A stretch of 64,000 nt of DNA from Candidatus Poribacteria bacterium (lineage in GTDB: Bacteria; Poribacteria; WGA-4E; WGA-3G). The stretch covers positions 96,001 through 160,000 of the forward strand of contig CAXXUA010000004.1 of NCBI GenBank assembly GCA_963663765.2, read 5' to 3'. The first letter of the stretch is position 1, and each line of letters opens with the position of its first letter. The notes below the pieces were generated by a model, which made no database searches, was not told the origin of the DNA, and saw nothing but the letters and a program-made list of their open reading frames with translations. Below, one piece after another: positions 10,086 through 19,703 of the stretch. The position numbers and the translations under genes are program-made.

Positions 10086-10118
10086 AAATACAAATCTATA
10101 ACGATGGTAGGTAGATAG

Positions 10119-11237
10119 ATGGTTCAAAAACGAGATTACTATGAAATCTTGAATGTAAACCGGGATGCAGATGAGGATATGATAAAGAAAGCATACCGTA
10201 AATTAGCGATAAAATATCATCCAGACAAGAATCCTGACGATAAAGATGCAGAAGAGAAGTTTAAAGAAGCGACCGAAGCCTATGATGTCCTGAAAACCCC
10301 AGAGAAACGGGAACGGTATGATCAGTTTGGTCATGCGGGTCTTGAGGGAGTATCATCTAGTGGTTATGGATTTGGTATTGATTTTGATGAAATCATCAGA
10401 GAGGTATTCGGTGATGTTTTTGGTGGTTCTCGTAGAACGCGCCAACAGAGACCTAAACAGGGACGTGATCTACAGACAAAAATAGAGATTTCGCTTGAGG
10501 ATGCTTACAATGGACGAGAAGTAACTCTTGAGATTCCGCGTATAGAATCCTGTCCAGAATGTAGCGGTAGTGGTGCGGAAAGTGGGACAACAGTTGATAC
10601 GTGTCCCCAGTGCAATGGACGTGGTCAAGTGACTCAATCTCAAGGATTCTTCATGATGACTCGAACATGTCCTCGTTGTCGTGGTGAAGGGCAGATCATC
10701 CTTACCCCTTGCAGGAAATGCAATGGACAGGGCAGGATAAGAGTTGAACGTGAGATAAAAGTGGCTGTGGACAGAGGCGTTGACAATGGTTTTGAATATA
10801 GGATTCGTGGAGAGGGAGAGGCAGGCGTGCTTGGTGGACCTCCTGGTGATCTCCATGTTGTTGTAATGGTCAAACCTCACTCCCAGTTCAAACGTGATAG
10901 TAACGATTTGATCACAACAACAAAAATAACATTTGTTCAAGCTGCTCTTGGGTGTTCCATAGAGGTAAACGGGATTGATGGTCGTCATGAGTTATCTATA
11001 CCTGCAGGCACTCAGTTTGGGGATCTGCTACGGATTCCTGGAAAAGGAATGCCGAGATATAGAAGTTCCAGTTTTGGAGATCTTATTGTTCAAGTCGGGA
11101 TTGAAACACCACGGAACCTTAATGAAGAAGAACAGAGTTTGTTAGAACAATTTGCTGGACTACGTGGCGAATCTACTAAATCGGGTCATGGAAGTTTCTG
11201 GGACAAATTATTTCATCTAAACGACGATGAAGAATAA
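10119..11237 (+). CDS. dnaJ: Molecular chaperone DnaJ
   Basis: J domain with HPD; four CxxCxGxG repeats. Confidence 0.98.
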   Translation: MVQKRDYYEILNVNRDADEDMIKKAYRKLAIKYHPDKNPDDKDAEEKFKEATEAYDVLKTPEKRERYDQFGHAGLEGVSSSGYGFGIDFDEIIREVFGDVFGGSRRTRQQRPKQGRDLQTKIEISLEDAYNGREVTLEIPRIESCPECSGSGAESGTTVDTCPQCNGRGQVTQSQGFFMMTRTCPRCRGEGQIILTPCRKCNGQGRIRVEREIKVAVDRGVDNGFEYRIRGEGEAGVLGGPPGDLHVVVMVKPHSQFKRDSNDLITTTKITFVQAALGCSIEVNGIDGRHELSIPAGTQFGDLLRIPGKGMPRYRSSSFGDLIVQVGIETPRNLNEEEQSLLEQFAGLRGESTKSGHGSFWDKLFHLNDDEE

Positions 11238-11358
11238 TGGTCAATCTCAGTTGTCTTAAGAACATTGGACATTATAACGAATTAAAAGTAAACCCCATAA
11301 TTACCTACGGTACGCTGTGTGATTTTGGGTAGGTTAACCTTATGCGGGAGTTCAGTTT

Positions 11359-11421
11359 GTAGGTCCAAATCAACGGTATGAATCCCTTATTGGCATTCAT
11401 ACCGTTGATTTGGACCTACAA
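11359..11421. repeat. GTAG-type REP palindrome
   Basis: TGTAGGTCCAAATCAACGGTATGAAT...ATTCATACCGTTGATTTGGACCTACA long inverted repeat. Confidence 0.8.
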
Positions 11422-11471
11422 GATAGATTAAATCATTATAATGTCTATTTTGATAATTTACTTATATCACA

Positions 11472-12356
11472 ATGCATTGGACACGTATTACGGTAACGAC
11501 TACTGATCAAGCATCAGAAGCAGTTGCGAATTTTCTTTTTGACATAGACGCTTTTGGTGTTGAACTAAAAGACACTGACGATTCAACTACCAAGCTTATT
11601 GCTTATTATCCGCTTGATGACAGAGTTAACTCCCGAGTTCAGAAAATAAAGGCTTTTCTCACCAAACTTCCATCATGGGGAATCCAAGCACAACCTGCGA
11701 CTATAGACTTAACCCGTGTTGAAGCAGAGGAATGGATAGATGCTTGGAAGTCATCTTTCACTCCACAAAATATTGGAAAACAGCTGCTTGTTGTTCCAAC
11801 TTGGTCCGACATTGCACCAGATGACGAAACAATCATTATACGGCTTGATCCGGGAATGGCGTTTGGCACTGGATACCATCCTACGACACGACTGTCATTA
11901 GCACTATTAGAAAAGACGCTTAGACCTAATCAACTTGTTGCTGATATTGGAACAGGTTCAGGCATCCTTGCGATTACTGCTGTGAAGTTAGGTGCAGAAT
12001 GTGTTGCCGCAACAGAACTTGATCACTCTGCTATACCTATCGCGCAAACTAACTTTGAACTTAATGATGTTGCTGAACAAATTACTGTGTGTCAGGGTGA
12101 TGGTCTAAAGCCTTTGTTGGGGAAATATGACCTGATTGTAGGTAGTATTTTGACCAAAGTAGTGCTGACGATTATTCCTGACTGTCGATCACGACTGCTT
12201 CCTGAAGGCCAGGTAATTTTTTCTGGTATATTAGAAACGGAACTTGGAGTCGTGGAGGAGTCGTTAACAGAACATGGGTTTCAAACGGTAGAAGTAATGC
12301 AGGAAGCGGAGGAAGGTGTTGTGTGGGTTGCTATCTTAGGGCGGGTCTTTAACTAA
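11472..12356 (+). CDS. prmA: Ribosomal protein L11 methyltransferase
   Basis: LDPGMAFGTGYHPTT and DIGTGSGILA motifs; dnaJ-prmA synteny. Confidence 0.96.
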   Translation: MHWTRITVTTTDQASEAVANFLFDIDAFGVELKDTDDSTTKLIAYYPLDDRVNSRVQKIKAFLTKLPSWGIQAQPATIDLTRVEAEEWIDAWKSSFTPQNIGKQLLVVPTWSDIAPDDETIIIRLDPGMAFGTGYHPTTRLSLALLEKTLRPNQLVADIGTGSGILAITAVKLGAECVAATELDHSAIPIAQTNFELNDVAEQITVCQGDGLKPLLGKYDLIVGSILTKVVLTIIPDCRSRLLPEGQVIFSGILETELGVVEESLTEHGFQTVEVMQEAEEGVVWVAILGRVFN

Positions 12357-12593
12357 ACCGTGACATAGGGTGCATCTGCCTAAGTTGAGATGTGGCATCG
12401 TGGGTGATTTTTCGTCACCTATTATATGGCATTTTAGGCATGCGGGTGCTTCAGTAGATTGTTGATGTTCTATAATGTTTGAACGGGCTGGGGCTGCGTT
12501 GAAAAAGAGAATAACCATTACTATTGCATAAATTAGACCAATTACACAGACAATATACATTAAGGTCTTGGGACTTGCTTGATCGGTAGGCAT
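12336..12593 (-). CDS. Small membrane-anchored diheme c-type cytochrome
   Basis: N-terminal TM helix; CLKCH and CTLCH motifs. Confidence 0.75.
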   Translation of the reverse strand: MPTDQASPKTLMYIVCVIGLIYAIVMVILFFNAAPARSNIIEHQQSTEAPACLKCHIIGDEKSPTMPHLNLGRCTLCHGLVKDPP

Positions 12594-12682
12594 TTAATTT
12601 TGAGTAAACTCCTAATCTGGTTTGTTTATTTTACGACTAATAGAATACCTTATTTACACCTGTTGTGCAACCTTAAATGTTC

Positions 12683-12989
12683 CAGGTTTATTCAGTTTTA
12701 AAAGATTTCTGTTATTGAGATTTACTGAAAGTTAATACTCAAATGAGGTTTCCTAACTGCACCTTATACATCAATTTTAGATTATTGAAACATGAACATC
12801 GCTCTTTAGTCCCGTAGGGACGATATGTTTATTCTTCTATGCCGTTCCTACGGAACTCAAGAGAGTTAGATAGCATTTTTCTATAAACATATCGTCCCTA
12901 CGGGACTAAAGACACAGACAAGATGGCAACACATAAAATTAACGTCATAGCAAAAAATCATCAAAAATACCTAAAACTAAATTACCCTG
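12683..12989. mobile_element. MITE family A (inverted relative to the 1347 copy)
   Basis: Same TIRs; exact 9-bp TSD TAAATGTTC. Confidence 0.85.
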
Positions 12990-13051
12990 TAAATGTTCAG
13001 GGGATGTGTAAAGTTTTGGTTACTGTGCGTAGGGGCTGGGTCTCCCCGCCC

Positions 13052-13193
13052 CATAGGCGTCAATTTAAGAAAATATTGTTGACATTTTTCTTGTGGGAGG
13101 GTTTTTCAACCTTGATTTGAGAGGAAAAGCGCATAAATTCGGGGTTGAAAACCCCTCCCACAAGAGGTCAAAATCCTTAAATTGACGCTTATG
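13052..13193. mobile_element. Small cassette (CATAGGCGTCAA...TTGACGCTTATG) inside a REP hairpin
   Basis: Near-identical to 2453-2594; flanked by a duplicated GGGC(T/G)GGGTCTCC(C/T)CGCCC palindrome. Confidence 0.7.
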
Positions 13194-13609
13194 GGGCGGG
13201 GTCTCCTCGCCCGAATAGAGGTTTTACGCAGGCGAGGAAACCTCGCCTCTACGATGTACACAGTTCCCTAACGTCAAGCAAGCTTTGATAGAAACTTTAG
13301 ATACCTCTTTTATAGTGAAAAATACAATTAACGACTTGTGCTAGTTACAATACCTTCGCCATTTTTGAGTGCTTCAGTTGAATGAGTATATAGTGTTGAT
13401 CTACCATTGCTCTGTGATATTGTTAGGATTACATAAATAAAAATAACTTCAGGTTTTCGTTGAAGTATTTTTATTTATCATAGCGTCTAATTTGACGATA
13501 GAATCTGACAGAATAATTTATATGCACAATCTGGAAGAATGTGCTACAACTGACCACACAATCTGGATGAAGATTAATTTATTAATCGGGTAATAAATAT
13601 TTTTCAGAT

Positions 13610-16078
13610 GGTAGGCGTTGTTTGTAAGCGCGCTCTTGGGACTTGATGTGCCAGCGCGCTTACAAAGCACGCCTGCAGTTGGGGGCGCGCTTACAAAGCA
13701 CGGCTTGCAGTGGTAGGCGCGCGGACAAAGCACGCTTGCAGTTGGGGGCGCGCTTACAAAGCACGGCTTGCAGTTGGGGGCGCGCTTACAAAGCACGGCT
13801 TGCAGTTGGGGGCGCGCTTACAAAGCACGCCTGCAGTTGGGGGCGCGCTTACAAAGCACGCTTGCAGTTGGTGGCGCGCGGACAAAGCACGGCTTGCAGT
13901 TGGGGGCGCGCTTACAAAGCACGCCTGCAGTTGGGGACGCGCTTACAAAGCACGCCTGCAGTTGGGGGCGCGCTTACAAAGCACGCCTGCAGTGGGGTAT
14001 GCCAGCAGGTGAGGGCGGGGATGGCGCGCTTACAAAGCACGCCTGCAGTTTTTAGGGAGTATGGAGCGCGCTTACAAAGCACGCCTGCAGTGGGGTACGC
14101 CAGCAGGTGAGGGCGGGGATGGCGCGCTTACAAAGCACCAAATCAACGGTATGAATGCGCGTATGGCATTCCCCGCCAGCAGTTTTTAGAGAGTATGGAG
14201 CGCGCTTACAAAGCACGCCTGCAGTGGGGTACGCCAGCAGGTGAGGGCGAGGATGGCGCGCTTACAAAGCACCAAATCAACGGTATGAATGCGCGTATGG
14301 CATTCCCCGCCTGCAGTTTTTAGGGAGTATGGAGCGCGCTTACAAAGCACGCCTGCAGTGGGGTACGCCAGTAGGTGAGGGCGGGGATGGCGCGCTTACA
14401 AAGCACCAAATCAACGGTATGAATGCGCGTATGGCATTCCCCGCCTGCAGTTTTTAGGGAGTATGGAGCGCGCTTACAAAGCACGCCTGCAGTGGGGTAT
14501 GCCAGCAGGTGAGGGCGGGGATGGCGCGCTTACAAAGCACGCATGCAGTTTTTAGGGAGTATGGAGCGCGCTTACAAAGCACGCATGCAGTGGGATATGC
14601 CAGCAGGTGAGGGTGGGGATGGCGCGCTTACAAAGCACCAAATCAACGGTATGAATGCGCGTATGGCATTCCCCGCCTGCAGTTTTTAGGGAGTATGGAG
14701 CGCGCTTACAAAGCACGCCTGCAGTGGGGTATGCCAGCAGGTGAGGGCGGGGATGGCGCGCTTACAAAGCACCAAATCAACGGTATGAATGCGCGTATGG
14801 CATTCCCCGCCTGCAGTTTTTAGGGAGTATGGAGCGCGCTTACAAAGCACGTCTGCAGTGGGGTACGCCAGTAGATGAGGGCGGGGATGGCGCGCTTACA
14901 AAGCACACCTGCAGTTTTTAGGGAGTATGGAGCGCGCTTACAAAGCACGCCTGCAGTGGGATATGCCAGTAGGTGAGGGCGGGGATGGCGCGCTTACAAA
15001 GCACGCCTGCAGTTTTTAGGGAGTATGGAGCGCGCTTACAAAGCACGCATGCAGTGGGGTACGCCAGTAGGTGAAGGCGGGGATGGCGCGCTTACAAAGC
15101 ACGCCTGCAGTTTTTAGGGAGTATGGAGCGCGCTTACAAAGCACGCATGCAGTGGGGTATGCCAGCAGGTGAGGGCGGGGATGGCGCGCTTACAAAGCAC
15201 CAAATCAACGGTATGAATGCGCGTATGGCATTCCCCGCCTGCAGTTTTTAGGGAGTATGGAGCGCGCTTACAAAGCACGTCTGCAGTGGGGTACGCCAGT
15301 AGATGAGGGCGGGGATGGCGCGCTTACAAAGCACGCCTGCAGTTTTTACGGAGTATGGAGCGCGCTTACAAAGCACACCTGCAGTGGGGTATGCCAGTAG
15401 GTGAGGGCGGGGATGGCGCGCTTACAAAGCACGCCTGCAGTTTTTAGGGAGTATGGAGCGCGCTTACAAAGCACGCATGCAGTGGGGTATGCCAGCAGGT
15501 GAGGGCGGGGATGGCGCGCTTACAAAGCACCAAATCAACGGTATGAATGCGCGTATGGCATTCCCCGCCTGCAGTTTTTACGGAGTATGGAGCGCGCTTA
15601 CAAAGCACGCCTGCAGTGGGGTATGCCAGCAGGTGAGGGCGGGGATGGCGCGCTTACAAAGCACGCCTGCAGTTTTTACGGAGTATGGAGCGCGCTTACA
15701 AAGCACGCCTGCAGTGGGGTATGCCAGCAGGTGAGGGCGGGGATGGCGCGCTTACAAAGCACCAAATCAACGGTATGAATGCGCGTATGGCATTCCCCGC
15801 CTGCAGTTTTTACGGAGTATGGAGCGCGCTTACAAAGCACACCTGCAGTGGGGTATGCCAGTAGGTGAGGGCGGGGATGGCGCGCTTACAAAGCACGCCT
15901 GCAGTTTTTAGGGAGTATGGAGCGCGCTTACAAAGCACGCCTGCAGTGGGGTATGCCAGCAGGTGAGGGCGGGGATGGCGCGCTTACATAGCACGCCTGC
16001 AGTTTTTGGGAGTATGGAGCGCGCTTACAAAGCACCAAATCAACGGTATGAATGCCATTTAGGCATTCCCCGCCTACC
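13610..16078 (+). repeat. 2.5-kb higher-order tandem array of a REP arm (~47 copies)
   Basis: GCGCGCTTACAAAGCACGCCTGCAG with recurring linkers; bounded by an inverted repeat at ~13570-13606 and ~16085-16119. Confidence 0.92.
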
Positions 16079-16301
16079 GTTGGAGAAATATTTTATTACC
16101 GAATTAATAAATTAATCTTCATTAGGGACGATATGTTTATAGAAAACGAATACCCTCTCAGTTCTTTAGTCCCATTGGGACGATATGTTTATTCTTCTAT
16201 GTCGTTCCTACGGAACTCAATTGGGGTGGAAAACATTTATCTACAAACATATCGTTCCTACGGAACTATAGTGAAATATACAATTAAGTTTACACTTGTT
16301 C

Positions 16302-16473
16302 TGTAGGAGCGATCTCCGAATCGCGACTGGACGTCTTGATAGTCGAGAATCGGAGTTCCCTCCTACACCTGAAAGTGAACGCCTTGATAGTCGGGAATCG
16401 GAGTTCCCTCCTACACCTGAAAGTGAACGCTTTGATAGTCGGGAATCGGAGTTCCCTCCTACACCTGAAAGTG
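16302..16473 (+). repeat. REP with right arm amplified three times (48-bp period)
   Basis: Left arm TGTAGGAGCGATCTCCGAATCGCGAC, then 3x TTGATAGTCG(A/G)GAATCGGAGTTCCCTCCTACACCTGAAAGTG. Confidence 0.85.
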
Positions 16474-16613
16474 TAAAAATAATTCTAAAATCCACTATAA
16501 TGTCAGGTTTCTACAAAAACTTTACACACCCTAAATATTTTGTGTGCTTGAAAAATAAGAGGAAATAGCATATAATAACTGAAATGTATTTGAATATTGT
16601 GGAGGACTGTGGT

Positions 16614-17624
16614 GTGATACGTGAAGTTATACAGAAGGTTGTTGCTGGAGACTCATTGACTGAATCAGAGATGGTTGAAACCATGAACGAGATTATGGAA
16701 GGAGAAACGACAGATGCGCAAATTGCATGCTTCTTGACAGCATTGCGTTTAAAAGGGGAAACGATTGATGAGATAACTGGTGCTGCGAAGGTGATGCGTG
16801 AAAAAGCAGCTAAAGTGCCAACGTTACAGTCGTTAGTCGTTGATACATGCAGTACAGGTGGAACTGGGTTGCACTCGTTCAACATTTCAACCACATCTGC
16901 GTTTGTCGTTTCTGGGACGGGTGTACCAGTGGCTAAACATGGTAACAGAGGTGTTACTCGTCAAAGTGGAAGTGCAAATGTATTGATGGCGTTGGGAGTT
17001 AATATTGAGATTTCACCAGAACACGTTGGTCGGTGCATTGATGAAGTTGGCATCGGTTTTCTTTTTGCTCCTTTGCTACACGGTGCGATGAAATATGCAA
17101 TTGGTCCTCGCAGAGAAATTGGAATTAGAACTATTTTTAACGCAATCGGTCCTTTGACAAATCCAGCAGGAGCACAAGCACAAGTGCTGGGTGTCTATGC
17201 AAAAGAACTAACACATACACACGCAAATGTTCTCAACAATCTTGGTGCACAACATGCGTTTGTTGTGCATGGTAACGATGGTTTAGACGAGATTACAACA
17301 ACAACCACAACTCAAGTCTCAGAACTTGTGAATGGTGATGTGAAATCCTACACCCTTGATCCAACAACACTTGGTATACCTAAAGCTGAGTTAGGTTCAT
17401 TACTTGGTGGCACTCCAGAAGAAAATTCAGAAATAACAGTGAATATTCTAAAAGGTGAAAAGGGACCTAAGCGTGATATAGTGATACTCAATGCTGCAGC
17501 GGCGATAGTTGCTGGTGGAAAAGCAGATAGTCTTGAAAAAGGATTAGAACTTGCCGCTAATTCCATAGATTCAGGCAGTGCATTGGAGAAATTGGAAGGT
17601 TTAAAAACTGTTTCAAATAATTGA
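16614..17624 (+). CDS. trpD: Anthranilate phosphoribosyltransferase
   Basis: DTCSTGG...FNISTT, AKHGNR, RTIFNAIGPLTNP, DGLDEI; GTG start after GGAGG. Confidence 0.97.
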   Translation: MIREVIQKVVAGDSLTESEMVETMNEIMEGETTDAQIACFLTALRLKGETIDEITGAAKVMREKAAKVPTLQSLVVDTCSTGGTGLHSFNISTTSAFVVSGTGVPVAKHGNRGVTRQSGSANVLMALGVNIEISPEHVGRCIDEVGIGFLFAPLLHGAMKYAIGPRREIGIRTIFNAIGPLTNPAGAQAQVLGVYAKELTHTHANVLNNLGAQHAFVVHGNDGLDEITTTTTTQVSELVNGDVKSYTLDPTTLGIPKAELGSLLGGTPEENSEITVNILKGEKGPKRDIVILNAAAAIVAGGKADSLEKGLELAANSIDSGSALEKLEGLKTVSNN

Positions 17625-17633
17625 TCAATCTCT

Positions 17634-18407
17634 ATGATATTAGATACAATAATTACACACAAATTGAAAGAACTTCAAAAGGAAAAGGAACAGGTACCGC
17701 TTGTTACATTAAAATCGCAGTTGGTAGACTTACCACCTACTAAGGATTTTAAGCGAGCAATTGCACTACCCGAAAAAATAAGTCTCATTGCTGAGGTAAA
17801 GAAAAAATCTCCAAGTAAAGGCGTTATACGTGATGATTTTGATCCGGTTGAAATAGCCAACATTTATGGAGAAAATGGTGCAGCAGCGATTTCAGTTTTG
17901 ACGGATGAGAACTTTTTTGCTGGAAAGCTTGATTATCTCTCTGCGATCCGAGACACAGTTGATGTTCCGCTGTTGCGGAAGGACTTTACAGTTGATCCCT
18001 ACCATATATATCAAGCACGCGCAACAGGTGCAGACGCTGTTTTGCTAATAGTTGCTGCTTTGACAAAGAAACAACTCAATGAATTTATGGACATTGCATC
18101 ATCCATTTCATTAGCATCATTGGTGGAAGTTCATACAGAGTCAGAATTGGAAATTGCTTTGGAAATAGGCGCGGAGATAATTGGTATAAACAATAGGGAT
18201 TTGCGAACTTTCCATACTGATTTAGAGACTACGTTCAAACTACGTGAATCTATTCCCTTTGGCAAGACTGTTGTTAGTGAGAGCGGAATATACACTCGTG
18301 ATGATGTGGATTCGTTACGCGATGCTGGTGTTAACGCTATTTTAGTGGGTGAATCACTGATGCGGAGTCCGGATATTGGTAAAAAAGTGAATGAGTTGAT
18401 TGGTTGA
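17634..18407 (+). CDS. trpC: Indole-3-glycerol phosphate synthase
   Basis: LIAEVKKKSPSKG, LRKDF, GINNRDL, VSESGI, LVGESLM. Confidence 0.97.
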   Translation: MILDTIITHKLKELQKEKEQVPLVTLKSQLVDLPPTKDFKRAIALPEKISLIAEVKKKSPSKGVIRDDFDPVEIANIYGENGAAAISVLTDENFFAGKLDYLSAIRDTVDVPLLRKDFTVDPYHIYQARATGADAVLLIVAALTKKQLNEFMDIASSISLASLVEVHTESELEIALEIGAEIIGINNRDLRTFHTDLETTFKLRESIPFGKTVVSESGIYTRDDVDSLRDAGVNAILVGESLMRSPDIGKKVNELIG

Positions 18408-18425
18408 TGAAATCGTAGAGCATCT

Positions 18426-18866
18426 TTATACAGAAATGACCTTAATTCCGTGCCGTTTTAGTAGTGCTGTTGTAACCCCATCACCTGCGGCAAGTTTCCC
18501 AGAAAATGATCCGTTATAGATTTTGGTGCACCCACAAGATGGACTATTGGACTTTAGGATAGCACAAGTTGCGTCTTGTGATATTGCAAATTTAAGTGCG
18601 TGTTGTGCTCCCTTCAAGTATTCATCGGTCTTGTCTTCTCCATCCGCTGTCAATACTTTTGCTTTTCCATCTAATACGTCATTACCATCACCACCGACAA
18701 TTTCTACAGGTGGACGCGGTGTAGGGAGTCCACCTGCATCTTCTGGGCAAACAGGTATAATTTCGTCTGTCTTGCTGTGTTTCAGAACATCTTCATTGCG
18801 ACAGTTACCCCCATCATATCTGCAATTGACTCCAAGAAGACAGGCACTGACAAGAGTTTTCTTCAT
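18426..18866 (-). CDS. DUF523 / 2-thiouracil desulfurase family protein
   Basis: VSACLLGVNCRYDG, PVCPE..GGLPTPR, LKSNSPSCG motifs. Confidence 0.92.
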   Translation of the reverse strand: MKKTLVSACLLGVNCRYDGGNCRNEDVLKHSKTDEIIPVCPEDAGGLPTPRPPVEIVGGDGNDVLDGKAKVLTADGEDKTDEYLKGAQHALKFAISQDATCAILKSNSPSCGCTKIYNGSFSGKLAAGDGVTTALLKRHGIKVISV

Positions 18867-19522
18867 TTTTCTTCCCATAATTTCACTTGTTCTGTAATAG
18901 CAGAGATATTTCCAGATTTCAAGAGTAGATAGTTTTTCTCAAGATGACATAGTATTGATTGTAGGAGTCTTATTCTGCAGATTTCTGTTTTGTCCGCGTT
19001 TGAAGTTGCGATCTGTAGTGAGGTCGCGGTTTGGTGAAGTTCGACCGGAAATTCTTGCATGCTGATATTGACATTTACTCCAAACCCTAAGACGAAAAAG
19101 GGATTGCGTTGTTTGTCGTATTTCAGTTCAGTTAGGACACCTGCGACCTTCTTTTCTGCTATTCTGACATCATTTGGATGTTTTATCCTTGCGTGAAGTT
19201 CAGTTATTTCGTTAATACCTTGTGCGATAGAAAGTGCCCCAATAAGGTTTGGTAGATGGACATGTTGCTGCTTCAACCGATGTCTAAATATGACTGTAGC
19301 GAGAATGCATTTTCCGTGTGGTGCTTGCCAAGTTCTACCGTATCTTCCTCTTCCAGCAGTTTGATGGTCTGCAATGATGAGTGTTCCCTGAGTAACATCG
19401 CCATTTTTCGCATGTGCAATTGCAATGTCGTTGGTTGATGAAACCTCATCGTGAACAACTAAATCAGATTTACCAATAAAGTTGGTGTTAAGTGTCTTGC
19501 GAAAGGTATCAATGTCAAACAC
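18863..19522 (-). CDS. birA: Biotin--[acetyl-CoA-carboxylase] ligase
   Basis: SSTND, QTAGRGRYGRTW, KHPND, KKVAGVL, GFGVNVN; no N-terminal HTH. Confidence 0.93.
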   Translation of the reverse strand: MFDIDTFRKTLNTNFIGKSDLVVHDEVSSTNDIAIAHAKNGDVTQGTLIIADHQTAGRGRYGRTWQAPHGKCILATVIFRHRLKQQHVHLPNLIGALSIAQGINEITELHARIKHPNDVRIAEKKVAGVLTELKYDKQRNPFFVLGFGVNVNISMQEFPVELHQTATSLQIATSNADKTEICRIRLLQSILCHLEKNYLLLKSGNISAITEQVKLWEEK

Positions 19523-19576
19523 TGTGAAACATTTCCATTTTACAAGAGCATAGTGATAATTGATTCACAGAACACT

Positions 19577-19699
19577 CAGGACTTACGCAGTTTTCTTGAT
19601 TTAATCAAAAATTATGATGAAAATGATGCCATTATCAGCGTTTTTCTGGGTTTCCGGCGCGCTTACAAAGCACGCCTACCGTTGTGTGCGTAAGTCCTG
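19577..19699. mobile_element. MITE family E (TIR CAGGACTTACGCA)
   Basis: TIRs, AACACT direct repeat on both sides, internal REP arm; sibling at 48167. Confidence 0.8.
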
Positions 19700-19703
19700 A
19701 ACA

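Noticed and set aside
13610-16078. Repeat array as a second CRISPR
   Set aside because: Linkers are a few recurring sequences rather than unique spacers, the repeat is a REP arm, and no cas genes are adjacent.
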